Under the pieces are notes generated by a model. The model did not search any database. It was not told the DNA's origin and worked only from the letters and a program-made list of their open reading frames with translations. A stretch of 64,000 nt of DNA from Geosiphon pyriformis uo1 (lineage: Eukaryota; Fungi; Glomeromycota), in contig JAAOMT010000515.1 in assembly GCA_016748015.1 (NCBI GenBank), positions 62,001 to 126,000 on the forward strand. The letters are read 5' to 3'. A program made the translations under genes and the position numbers. Shown here one piece after another: positions 52,941 to 64,000 of this stretch (position 1 is its first letter; every line of letters starts with the position of its first letter).

Positions 52941-54010
52941 AACTAATATTAAAAAACTAAAAAAATCATAAATAATTATATTTATTAACAAAAAACAAAA
53001 AACATTTAATATAAATTTCTTAATAATAATATTATAATTAGCAAAATTTTTTGTTATAAATCAATAAATTTTAATTTATTTACAATTTATATATGTATTT
53101 ATGTATTTTAAATTAGTATTTATTATAATATTTATATTTATAAACAAATTTTTTGTTTTGCTTAAACTTAATTTTAATATATAAATATAGATTAAATAAT
53201 TATTTTAAATTTAAAAAAAATAAAAACTTTATAAATTTATCTATTTAATAACAAATTTTTTTAAAACATAAAAAAAGATATTAAAAATATTATTATTATT
53301 TAAAATACCAAAATTAGATTATTTAATAAGCTTTTTTAACAAAAAAACTAATTTAAGTGTTTTAAAAAGTTATATTATTTTATAGTTTATTAATATAATT
53401 GGTTTTTTAATATTATATTTTTTTATGTTTTTAATATTTGATTTTTTATTAATACTATTATAAAAACTGTTAACTTTATTATTTTAAAACACATAATTAA
53501 AGTTTTTGTTATATTTATGTTTAATATACCAATAGAAAAATTCAATTTTTAATTTTTTAATATTAAGTTTTCTAGTTTTTTTGTTTATTTTATTAAAAAC
53601 ATACTTAGAAATATTTTTTTACACTATAGCAAATTTTTTTTATTATATTAATAACAGAAATATTTACTATATTCAGCTTAATAAACAAAAATATATTAAA
53701 AAAGATAACAAAAAAAAACCAAAAAAAAAANNNNNNNNNNNNNNNNNNNNNNNNNNNNNNNNNNNNNNNNNNNNNNNNNNNNNNNNNNNNNNNNNNNNNN
53801 NNNNNNNNNNNNNNNNNNNNNNNNNNNNNNNNNNNNNNNNNNNNNNNNNNNNNNNNNNNNNNNNNNNNNNNNNNNNNNNNNNNNNNNNNNNNNNNNNNNN
53901 NNNNNNNNNNNNNNNNNNNNNNNNNNNNNNNNNNNNNNNNNNNNNNNNNNNNNNNNNNNNNNNNNNNNNNNNNNNNNNNNNNNNNNNNNNNNNNNNNNNN
54001 NNNNNNNNNN

Positions 54011-54505
54011 GGTAACGGCAAATGTTGCGTCTGCACCATCAGTTAGTATGCTGGTTTACACTGACATATGAAAGTCCTCGTTTGACTTCTGATGGACATA
54101 CTGAACGTCCGTATGGATATTTGTCGTCCTATTTGCCACAGATCACTATCACGTGTTGGATCTGACCACTTTGGGGTAACGGCAAATGTTGCGTCTGCAC
54201 CATTAGTTAGTATGCTGGTTTACACTGACATATGAAAGTCCTCGTTTGACTTCTGATGGACATACTGAACGTCCGTATGGATATTTGTCGTCCTATTTGC
54301 CACAGACCACTATCACGTGTTGGATCTGACCACTTTGAGGTAACGGCAAATGTTGCGTCTGCACCATCAGTTAGTATGCTGGTTTAAACTAACATATGAA
54401 AGTCCTCGTTTGACTTCTGATGGACATACTGAACGTCCGTATGGATATTTGTCGTCCTATTTGCCACAGACCACTATCACGTGTTGGATCTGACCACTTT
54501 GGGGT
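54011..54505. repeat. Tandem array of 164-bp unit upstream of exon 1 of nuclease copy 2
   Basis: GAAAGTCC at 54070, 54234, 54398; unit equals the 176-bp unit minus TTGTAATGATGC. Confidence 0.92.
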
Positions 54506-54744
54506 NNNNNNNNNNNNNNNNNNNNNNNNNNNNNNNNNNNNNNNNNNNNNNNNNNNNNNNNNNNNNNNNNNNNNNNNNNNNNNNNNNNNNNNNNNNNNNN
54601 NNNNNNNNNNNNNNNNNNNNNNNNNNNNNNNNNNNNNNNNNNNNNNNNNNNNNNNNNNNNNNNNNNNNNNNNNNNNNNNNNNNNNNNNNNNNNNNNNNNN
54701 NNNNNNNNNNNNNNNNNNNNNNNNNNNNNNNNNNNNNNNNNNNN

Positions 54745-57046
54745 AATATGTTGCGGAGATAAAAACAATATTGGAGTTTGAAAAAAACCAACGTCGTCTG
54801 AAAATAGCAACAAGAGCGCTAAAAAAATTTATGGAAAGTCTGGTTTTTAGAAGGCGGCATTTCTCGTCCGACCACTTAAGAGCTATGGCAAATGTTACGT
54901 CTGCTTGTAATGGTGCACCATCAGCTAGTATGCTGGTCTACACTGACATACGAAAGTCCTCGTTTGACTGCTGATGGGCATACTGAACGTCCGTATGGAT
55001 ATTTGTCGTCCTATTTGCCACAGACCACTATCACGTGTTGGATCTGACCACTTTGGGGTAACGGCAAATGTTGCGTCTGCACCATCAGTTAGTATGCTGG
55101 TTTACACTGACATATGAAAGTCCTCGTTTGACTTCTGATGGACATACTGAACNNNNNNNNNNNNNNNNNNNNNNNNNNNNNNNNNNNNNNNNNNNNNNNN
55201 NNNNNNNNNNNNNNNNNNNNNNNNNNNNNNNNNNNNNNNNNNNNNNNNNNNNNNNNNNNNNNNNNNNNNNNNNNNNNNNNNNNNNNNNNNNNNNNNNNNN
55301 NNNNNNNNNNNNNNNNNNNNNNNNNNNNNNNNNNNNNNNNNNNNNNNNNNNNNNNNNNNNNNNNNNNNNNNNNNNNNNNNNNNNNNNNNNNNNNNNNNNN
55401 NNNNNNNNNNNNNNNNNNNNNNNNNNNNNNNNNNNNNNNNNNNNNNNNNNNNNNNNNNNNNNNNNNNNNNNNNNNNNNNNNNNNNNNNNNNNNNNNNNNN
55501 NNNNNNNNNNNNNNNNNNNNNNNNNNNNNNNNNNNNNNNNNNNNNNNNNNNNNNNNNNNNNNNNNNNNNNNNNNNNNNNNNNNNNNNNNNNNNNNNNNNN
55601 NNNNNNNNNNNNNNNNNNNNNNNNNNNNNNNNNNNNNNNNNNNNNNNNNNNNNNNNNNAGTTAGTATGCTGGTTTACACTGACATATGAAAGTCCTCGTT
55701 TGACTTCTGATGGACATACTGAACGTCCGTATGGATATTTGTCGTCCTATTTGCCACAGACCACTATCACGTGTTGGATCTGACCACTTTGAGGTAACGG
55801 CAAATGTTGCGTCTGCACCATCAGTTAGTATGCTGGTTTAAACTAACATATGAAAGTCCTCGTTTGACTTCTGATGGGTATACTGAACGTCCGTATGGAT
55901 ATTTGTCGTCCTATTTGCCACAGACCACTATCACGTGTTGGATCTGACCACTTTGGGGTTACGGCAAATGTTGCGTCTGCACCATCAGTTAGTATGCTGG
56001 TTTACACTGACATATGAAAGTCCTCGTTTGACTTCTGATGGGTATACGGAACGTCCGTATGGATATTTGTCCTCCTATTTGCCACAGACCACTATCACGT
56101 GTTGGATCTGACCACTTAGGAGATCACGGCTAATGGGAACATTATTTGATCCTTCTTTTTTTGAATCACATTATCTTATGCTTTTTTATTTTGATTTAGG
56201 TTGAGAAAAAATCAAATGAGGTTAAGGCGTTCTGGGTAGGTTGATGATTTATAGTTTTCAATTTAACCATTTCAAAAAATTGAAAAACTGTTATTAAATA
56301 GCGTAGCTATCCAAAAAATAAATAAATCTCCTTAAACGGCAAGACAGAAGAATCTTCTATTTCATTAGTTGAAACTAAAGTAATAAATCAGGAAAGACAA
56401 GATGATGGGGATATTGGTTTTGATAAACGAAGCTGTGAAAATAAGGTATTTTTTGCTGCAAAGCCTACAACATGAATTTTTTCTCACATTTCGAATATAT
56501 ATAAAGATAAGGACCAGCATTGGGACAGAGACCCCGAATAGCTCNNNNNNNNNNNNNNNNNNNNNNNNNNNNNNNNNNNNNNNNNNNNNNNNNNNNNNNN
56601 NNNNNNNNNNNNNNNNNNNNNNNNNNNNNNNNNNNNNNNNNNNNNNNNNNNNNNNNNNNNNNNNNNNNNNNNNNNNNNNNNNNNNNNNNNNNNNNNNNNN
56701 NNNNNNNNNNNNNNNNNNNNNNNNNNNNNNNNNNNNNNNNNNNNNNNNNNNNNNNNNNCCCAGAAGGTTATACTTCGTGGGGCACCATTTTAGGGTGCTA
56801 TCAAATTCTGAACACAATTAAGGTAAGTATGATTAATTACGTAGATATTATCTGCACATTATAATTAATCGTGATGTATTTGTTCAGGTTATTGTTGATA
56901 AGGGAGCTGTTCATTATCAGTCTGCCATAAGAAAGAATGTCAACCAGACAAAATCTGGGAAGATAAAAATGACCAAGCCGATGTTTCATAGTCCGATGAA
57001 GGTACCAATTGGTAAAAACCCTGACGATCGCAAGTATAAAAAATAG
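54745..57046 (+). pseudogene. Second copy of the PD-(D/E)xK gene; partly in gaps; premature TAA in exon 3
   Basis: Same exon boundaries; TCA>TAA at 56323-56325; the middle exons fall in an undersized gap (56545-56758). Confidence 0.7.
54870..56135. repeat. Intronic tandem array, copy 2 (first unit 176-type, rest 164-type; gap inside)
   Basis: Same entry and exit junctions as 14745-15734. Confidence 0.92.
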
Positions 57047-59486
57047 ACCTTTATTCTATGCAATGTATCTAATATGTACTTAATCTTAGCTTTTTATTAA
57101 AAGCATTGTAAAAAATTTGTACGCTCATATTAAAAAAATAAAATTGTATATATGTTGGACAAAATAAACATTCAATTAATAATGTTAATTCAATTGATAA
57201 CAATGTAATTAAACATGATTTAAATTTTAAATATGTATAATATTTCATTTAATATTTCGTAATATTTGAACTACAAAAATATTTTCTTAATTATAAATAA
57301 ATTGATTTTTTTATGTTATCATCCAAATGCAAAGGGATGGGAAAGTTCAATTCAATTTAGGTATGATCTTGCATGACGAATGTAAATTCAGCGTCCTTCT
57401 GGCTTCAAAAAGCGGCTGGAAAGCTTATTTAGAAGCTGAAATGTTTTTAGTGAGTATTGAACGGAACATAAAGAATAATAATAAATATCAAGCTATAAGA
57501 CTACTTGGGATGAAGCGTATGACCATTTTTGAGCCCCGGGAATGAATTCAATTTTTTTTAAGCTTTTCAAAGGATATATTTTGAGATTTCCAAATTATAA
57601 ATTGAATAAAGTGGAAGAATCCCCGATGAACTTTTTCAATTTGTCTTAAGCAATTTTATATAAATGTTATATAGAACAAAATTGATTATTAATATTATAA
57701 TCATATTTCAAACGAAATAAAATTTAGGACTTAAAATTCCTTTAAAAGAAATCCTATATAATGTGCTTTCCTGCCACAAAATAATTGTTGCTTGAACTCT
57801 AGCCTAAATCAAAAGAGTAGAGTGCGACTAAAAATGAATCATCTTTTTTATAAACTTCTCAGAAATTATAGAATATCGAAGCAACAGTTCTTTGTATATG
57901 CTATGTAAATCTTCAGGGATTAAAATAAATAAAATAATAAGCAGTATAAAAAATTGGCACTTTTATTCAGATAAAACGAATAAACAGCATATTGGAAAAT
58001 GTACTTGTGAAACATAGCTTAATTATGATTTTCTTATTAACGAGACGAGAAAACTCATTTTATAGTTTTGGACGATATATATATAAATTTTACTGTAAGA
58101 TGAATGAAATTATAGTATATTTTTAAATTAATGAAATGAGCAATTTTAAATTAATGACATAAAAATGGCAAGAATTCTCCACAATTTTGATTGAGGGAGT
58201 ATTAACTTTTATTATCAGAAAAATGGTTTCTGCATTTAACGAGAGTGCAAAAAATCTTTCTTGCTTTATCATTATTAAAAAAACTATGTGAGAATATTCT
58301 TAAATTTGTTAATGATTAAAACTTTTTCATAAAAGCCAATTATTCGATACAAAGCTTCAGAATAATTGATTATAAAAAATATGAATGTGAAATTATTTCA
58401 ACTTTTATAATCTTTCAAAAGATTTTTCAACAGAACTCATAAATGTCTAAATTGGAGTGTGGAAAATAAACTGCAAATTTCAATTACTCGAGAAGTTTTC
58501 TCAATAATCATTTATTAAACATACAAGTTAAATGATTGCATGATAAGATTTGTGGATCCTCTGAAATAATGAATATGTAATATCAAATATATGTTTCATC
58601 AAATCTAAGCTGACATTTTTTAGCAAGGAAAAATTTTTCCAATTTTTAAGAACTTGGATTTTCCATTTTAAAACTTCTAGCCTCAAAAATAGATCAATTA
58701 TAATTTGATGGTTAATTTTCAAAATATGAAAAATGGTCAATTGATTAATTTTGTGAACCAATATTTACTCAATTTTTCAACAAAGAATTCTTTCCATTTT
58801 GACAATTTTTGTAGAATTCCATCAAGAAATCAATCAAAATCTTGACAAAAGGTGGCTTACAAGATGAATTCTACATATCCCTAATTATTAAGGAGATTAT
58901 GCTTAAGTTTGGTTTCACAAATTAAAATAAACCTTTTTAGCGATGACCAAATATTTAGCTTTTAATAGGGATAGTGGATTGTTTTGAACAAGATGATGTA
59001 CAGTTATGATTTTTAATTAGTTGCACGATAGAACTTGAAATCTTTTAAGCGGTTTTTAATGATTATAGATGGATGTATTGACAGTTTTTTGTAACCCTGG
59101 AATGGAATGAAAGAGCATTCTCAAAAATCCTAATTTAGAGATCGAAATAAAGCGATGCTTGTCATAGTACCCATTTAGATGTCAAGTTCTCTACGAAAGG
59201 TTCCATGACTTAACCTTTCAAATAATAAAGGTTATGATCATTCAAATCAAACAAAGACGTGATAAACCAAGACGATTTCTATCACGACTATTGCTGATAT
59301 GCCTAAAAAGTTTTTAGGATTATAGTTTTAATTTCGGGATGATAAGGATTTAAATTCGTATTTAACACTATTGATATAATTTAAACAAAATTACAGCAAT
59401 TAAAGGGTAATTTTCAAAATATCTTCTTTCAACACCGAGTAGTCAATTCCAAATTAATTGAAGAAAATCATACGAGTAGGATTCTT

Positions 59487-60793
59487 TTAAACAGGACAAC
59501 GACCCATTTCGTATCCGAGATAAGGTCCATTGTGTGACTCCATAAGACCAAGTGACATAAAGCTATTATTGCACTCCTGTTTAAGTTCAAGAAATATTTT
59601 AATGATTTATATTAACTAATAATTGACTAAGAAATAGTTACCTTGTTTTCGGTAATTTCACCAGTTCGCTCATTCAAAATGGTACCTTCGCATTTATAAA
59701 TTCTATCTTGACCAGCGCAATCACAATCTTCCGAAATCCAATATTCCTCAATGTGATGTACTAATTCTATATCACCACCAATTAATGGCAATCTTGGCAA
59801 AAAATCATTGCCATTTGTCACTCGAAATACTTGAAGATTTTTTCTTGTTAATCTGTTGATTGATTTGGCGAATTCCACATCGCCAATTTTTGGTTGTCCA
59901 AATGTGAAAACCCTGATTTCTGCCTTGATGGAGGTTTCCGAAAGTTCTTTTGCAGCAAGCACAGCATATACTGTGGGGGGGGGGGGGAGGGGGGGATGTT
60001 ATAGAATTAATGGCGAAGAAAATTTTATGTCTCTAACCCAAATACAAAATTAAGACTACTCAAATCATTTAACAAAAATGGCCGTTGAAAGTTTAATCAC
60101 ATACCACCACTTACGCCATGTCCGATTAAATTAATTTTGGGTCTGAAGATGCCACTTGTTTGGATTGTAATGACTGCTTCCCGTAGAGCATTCAAAACAG
60201 TGGTGCTTGCTAAACGCCAAGAAATAAACTCAGAATCAATTAGCGAAGGGTCGTTTGTATAAAATGCTTGTAGAACAGGCTCTCTTTCATAATAATCTTG
60301 CCGAGAAAGTTGTAGCACATTAAAATAGTAATTGATTTCTTCATTTTTTATTTCGATTTTCGCTGAGAATTTTGAATAAAAGAAAATGACTTTTAGTAAA
60401 TTAATTTTTACTAACAAATTCCATGAATTGAAACACACCCTTAATCCCAGAGTCTATGCCAACCGTATCTTTTTTAAGAAGGCAGTAAGATAATTGTGCA
60501 TACTTAGCCGCACTTGACAACATCTCAAAGATCGAAGGGTTCTCCCTCCGAGTTAACAAAATTTTTTTTCCACCACCACTATCGGCTGCGACTCGTTTGA
60601 TGATTGTGGAATTTAAAAATGATTTTTGCTGGTTGATATAGTATTTTTGATTAGAGTATATTGAATTTTCTGAATTAAAGGAAGTTTTTACAGGTGAGAC
60701 ATTTTGTAGTGATTTCCAAATAATTGTGAGAATTATCAAGTTAGTGAATATAAGCCAGATACGCCAATGTTTTTCTTTTTCCTGCAGGCTCAT
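59487..60793 (-). CDS. Class-3 lipase-like protein, ~352 aa; exons 60793-60439, 60389-60105, 59970-59642, 59576-59487
   Basis: N-terminal hydrophobic segment, AAKYAQLSYC, LIGHGVSGVYAVLAA, TFGQPKIGD, RVTNGNDFLPRLP, HNGPY; GT-AG introns keep the frame. Confidence 0.85.
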
Positions 60794-61723
60794 TTTCCAA
60801 AATATAATACAAGTGATTTTCTTTTGAGCAGAGTTTGAGTAAATTTCTATAGAGTGAAAATTCAAAGGCTTCGAAGAGATTTTAAATTTTAATAGATTTC
60901 TAAAAGCTCTATTATGATTTACCCATGTCAATAATAAAAAAAAAACGATCGGTAGAATCATAATTTCCATAAGATATATCAATTATAAAGTTTTACATTA
61001 TTCATTTATGTTATAATGAAAGGACAATTTAAAAAATAATAATAATTAAACCTTTCGATTGAAGATATTTAATTTTAAAAATATTTACAGATTTCCTCAT
61101 TAATATCTAAAGGATCTCTTCACATAAAGAAATAAGATAGGCTCTTGATGCCTAAAGAATGATATAAGGGGTGTTATCAGTAAAACATAATTTAAATTTA
61201 TTTTAGTTTTGTTTGTAAATAGTGTCAAAGAATATTTTGAGTGTTTTGTGGGATGGGAAATTTTGATAGATGCTGGGTCTTGCAATTTTTAGAATATTCT
61301 TAATGAAAAAATATGAACGATTTATCGTTAAATTTTAATCCGAAAATGATTATCCTTAATATTTATAGGTAGCAGGGTTTCAACGTCACATTTTAATCCA
61401 AGTTTTTTAATCTTTACTAATTTGATTTTCTTTGTTTTTTTTTTTGTTTTTTTTTTGTTTTTCAAATCCTAGAATTGAAATGATTTGAAAGCCAAGTTTA
61501 AGTTTTAATCAATTAATTTTTTAGATCTTTCGATTCTTAGATTCGGTGATTTATTTAGATGTCGATCAAAAAGATCTTTTTGATTTTTTGATTTTTTTGA
61601 ATTTATTTACATAGGGATATATAATTCCTAGTAGTAAGCAAAATTTTACATATTGCAGTAACCAAAAAAAGAATCAAAACAACCAGATCATTAAAACGTT
61701 CCACCTTTGTTCCCTGGCTTTCA

Positions 61724-62128
61724 TCATCCAAGAAAAACCGTTTGATCTGAGGCTTCATTATTCGAAGATTCCAGAGCATTTCCTTGATTATTTACTAATT
61801 CAAGGTTATCACTGTTTAAACCCTGGACTGCCTTATTCAATTGGGAATTTTCTGTTGAAACCAAAGCACCAAGAGCTGAACCGGAAGATGGATTATTAAA
61901 AAGAGTTTTGGCAACTTCAGAATTTTCGGTATTTTCTAATTGATTAAGGCGTGCTGAGGTCAAAGCCTGGTTATTTGTGTTTGCGATCCCTAAATTGTTG
62001 TTTTTTTCATTTTGAGCCGTGTTAACCAAAGATCGTAAAAAAATGGTATAAGTAGGAGTGGACTTGTTGACTGGGACTAGAGCCATCAAGATCGTTACAA
62101 AGATAAAGAAAGTGGTTGGTGACATCAT
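61724..62128 (-). CDS. Small secreted Asn-rich protein (134 aa)
   Basis: Signal-peptide-like MMSPTTFFIFVTILMALVPV; Cys-free N/S/E/Q-rich mature part; GC higher than the flanks. Confidence 0.7.
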   Translation of the reverse strand: MMSPTTFFIFVTILMALVPVNKSTPTYTIFLRSLVNTAQNEKNNNLGIANTNNQALTSARLNQLENTENSEVAKTLFNNPSSGSALGALVSTENSQLNKAVQGLNSDNLELVNNQGNALESSNNEASDQTVFLG

Positions 62129-63265
62129 GAAATTGGTCTTGAGCTTTAAAAAAAATTGTAGAAAAAGATGTATCAAATTAATCTGATCGTAAATTATTAT
62201 TTTTTTGTTAATTTTTTGAGGGCTTAAAATATTATTTTTTGGTTTTTTTTTTGGTTTTGAATTAAAAAGAAAACAAGTACGAAGGAGCAAGGAATTTATA
62301 CAAGTTTTTCCAAATCATCTATGGTCAAAGAAAGCTTTTGAAACATAACTTAATTGAAAGATTGATGAAATCAATTTAAAAATTTAGTTTTCTTAAATGA
62401 TTTGAATCAGAATAGATCATAATCAAAGCATATCATTGATATCGAGATTCTTTCGGGTTTGAAATTGGGTAAAAAAATTTCAAAGTGATAAAAATTTGAG
62501 TCAAAAGATTTAAAAGTTTTAAATATTTTTTAAATTTTGAAAAGCTTGAAAAATAAAAATCTCTAATTTAATCTTTTAATTTCCCATATAAAACTGAAGA
62601 TTTTAATAAAAATTAAAAAATTTAAATATTAACTCTTTGATGATTTATTTCTGAGTTAATCTTGCTAAAAATTATAATAAGTAACCGAGGATGAAGAAAA
62701 TATTTTCATATATTTCCAAAAAATATAAATGATTATTTTAAATTAAAAACATCATATATATGTATATATTGACATTATAATCACAAATATTTCTATCTAA
62801 TTTTAAATTACAAAGAATATTATTCAAATAATTAAACTGAGAAAAGAGATTTTTAGGATATATATATATATTTTTTTGTCTATCGAAATTGAAAAACTTG
62901 TTTACATGAAAAATAATTTTAATTTCTTAGTGATTGTGTAGTAATAACGTGAACATATTCATGCTCTCTAAATTAATTTGCCCTACATCCTTGTTTTCAG
63001 AAATTTGACAAACCTTGATGAAAATGAAAAAGCTAATCTTCGAAATGAAAAGTGATTTTAAATTCATCTGATGCGACAAATTTCTTTAAAAAAAATATAT
63101 ATTATAGAAAATTATATGATCTAAACTTTTGAGGCCACAAAAAAAATATAAATAAATCAATATTATTATTGTGTATTAAAAGGTTTATTTAAAACATGAA
63201 TCTACTACACTCTAAAAAATTAAAAGAAGTCTTTATTAGATTAACTGAAAATTTATTTTATATCT

Positions 63266-63592
63266 CTATTTTAATGCTTCAGTGTTCCCATTTTTACACA
63301 CTTCACCATCTTTCAAACAGTTTATCTCCTTTTTCGCCTTCGCTTCAGCTACCTTTCTTCTATTTTCCTCGAGAGCGGATTTTACATGTCTTGCATGTCG
63401 ACTTAACCAGGTTGAGATTAAAACTAATTCACGTAAATCTTCCTCATGATTTAGATGCCGAAGTTTTGTGTAAGAAAGTTCACATATATATCTAAAACTT
63501 ATGTTTTTTTTTGAAGTTTGGGTTTGAACTAGAATGTCTTCATTAATTAGAATGTTATTTTTATCCCCAATTTCTTTATTATATCCCGTCAT
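63266..63592 (-). CDS. Hypothetical 108-aa protein with SERTA-like helical motif
   Basis: ATG-initiated ORF; LSYTKL...DLRELVLISTWL resembles SERTA SLxKL...LRRxVLIxNxL. Confidence 0.45.
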   Translation of the reverse strand: MTGYNKEIGDKNNILINEDILVQTQTSKKNISFRYICELSYTKLRHLNHEEDLRELVLISTWLSRHARHVKSALEENRRKVAEAKAKKEINCLKDGEVCKNGNTEALK

Positions 63593-64000
63593 TTGTGTAA
63601 AAATTAAAGGTAAATAGATGCAAAGTTTAAAGTATGAACTGCAGCTGGGGGTGTTGAGATATAATTAACAAGTTATTTAAAAATTTTGATTTTTCTTTTA
63701 GAATGTACTTTTAATGGACCTTTTTATATTATATATAAATCATTTTTTTAAATTGCTCTCTGTAGTAAATAATAAAAAAAACCTTATTCTGATTAATTTT
63801 TTTTCATTGAATGATTTCTTGATTATTTCGTAAAATCATCGTGATGATATCACAATATTATTCAGTGATATCGCAATTGATAGGAAAGATTTCAAAAATT
63901 ATTTATTACATTGATAATTATCAGGATCTTTGACATATAACTTCAAGAAGTCTGATTTCTCAGTCACTTATTTGGATAAATCTCTTGCTTTTATTGGGTA

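Noticed and set aside
60794-60982. N-terminal extension of the lipase ORF (and 62129-62290 for the secreted protein)
   Set aside because: Non-ATG starts in AT-rich sequence; downstream ATGs precede the hydrophobic leaders.

Overview
AT-rich eukaryotic scaffold with many N gaps and short spliceosomal introns. The mix of dUTPase-bearing Gypsy elements, RNase H-bearing LINEs and a Ser-less class-3 lipase suggests an early-diverging fungus (Glomeromycotina/Mucoromycota, Geosiphon-like); this is inference. Most of 1-53 kb is a nest of retroelements: three APE-type LINEs, two near-complete copies of Ty3/Gypsy family A, one of family B, two solo LTRs and a series of LTR+gag stubs. Both Gypsy families encode gag-PR-(Cys-rich domain)-dUTPase-RT-RH-IN plus a conserved extra 3' ORF. 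All are eroded by C>T/G>A transitions to different degrees. A ~5-6 kb segment occurs twice (~12870-18652 and ~52950-57940). It carries a 10-exon gene for a ~546-aa PD-(D/E)xK nuclease-fold protein. Exon 1 of this gene is flanked by tandem arrays of a CpG-rich, self-complementary unit (176 bp in copy 1, 164 bp in copy 2), and the downstream array fills intron 1, which opens with GAAAGT instead of GT. This nuclease-plus-array locus is the best candidate for an undescribed system. The right end has a class-3 lipase-like gene, a small Asn-rich secreted protein and a short SERTA-like ORF.
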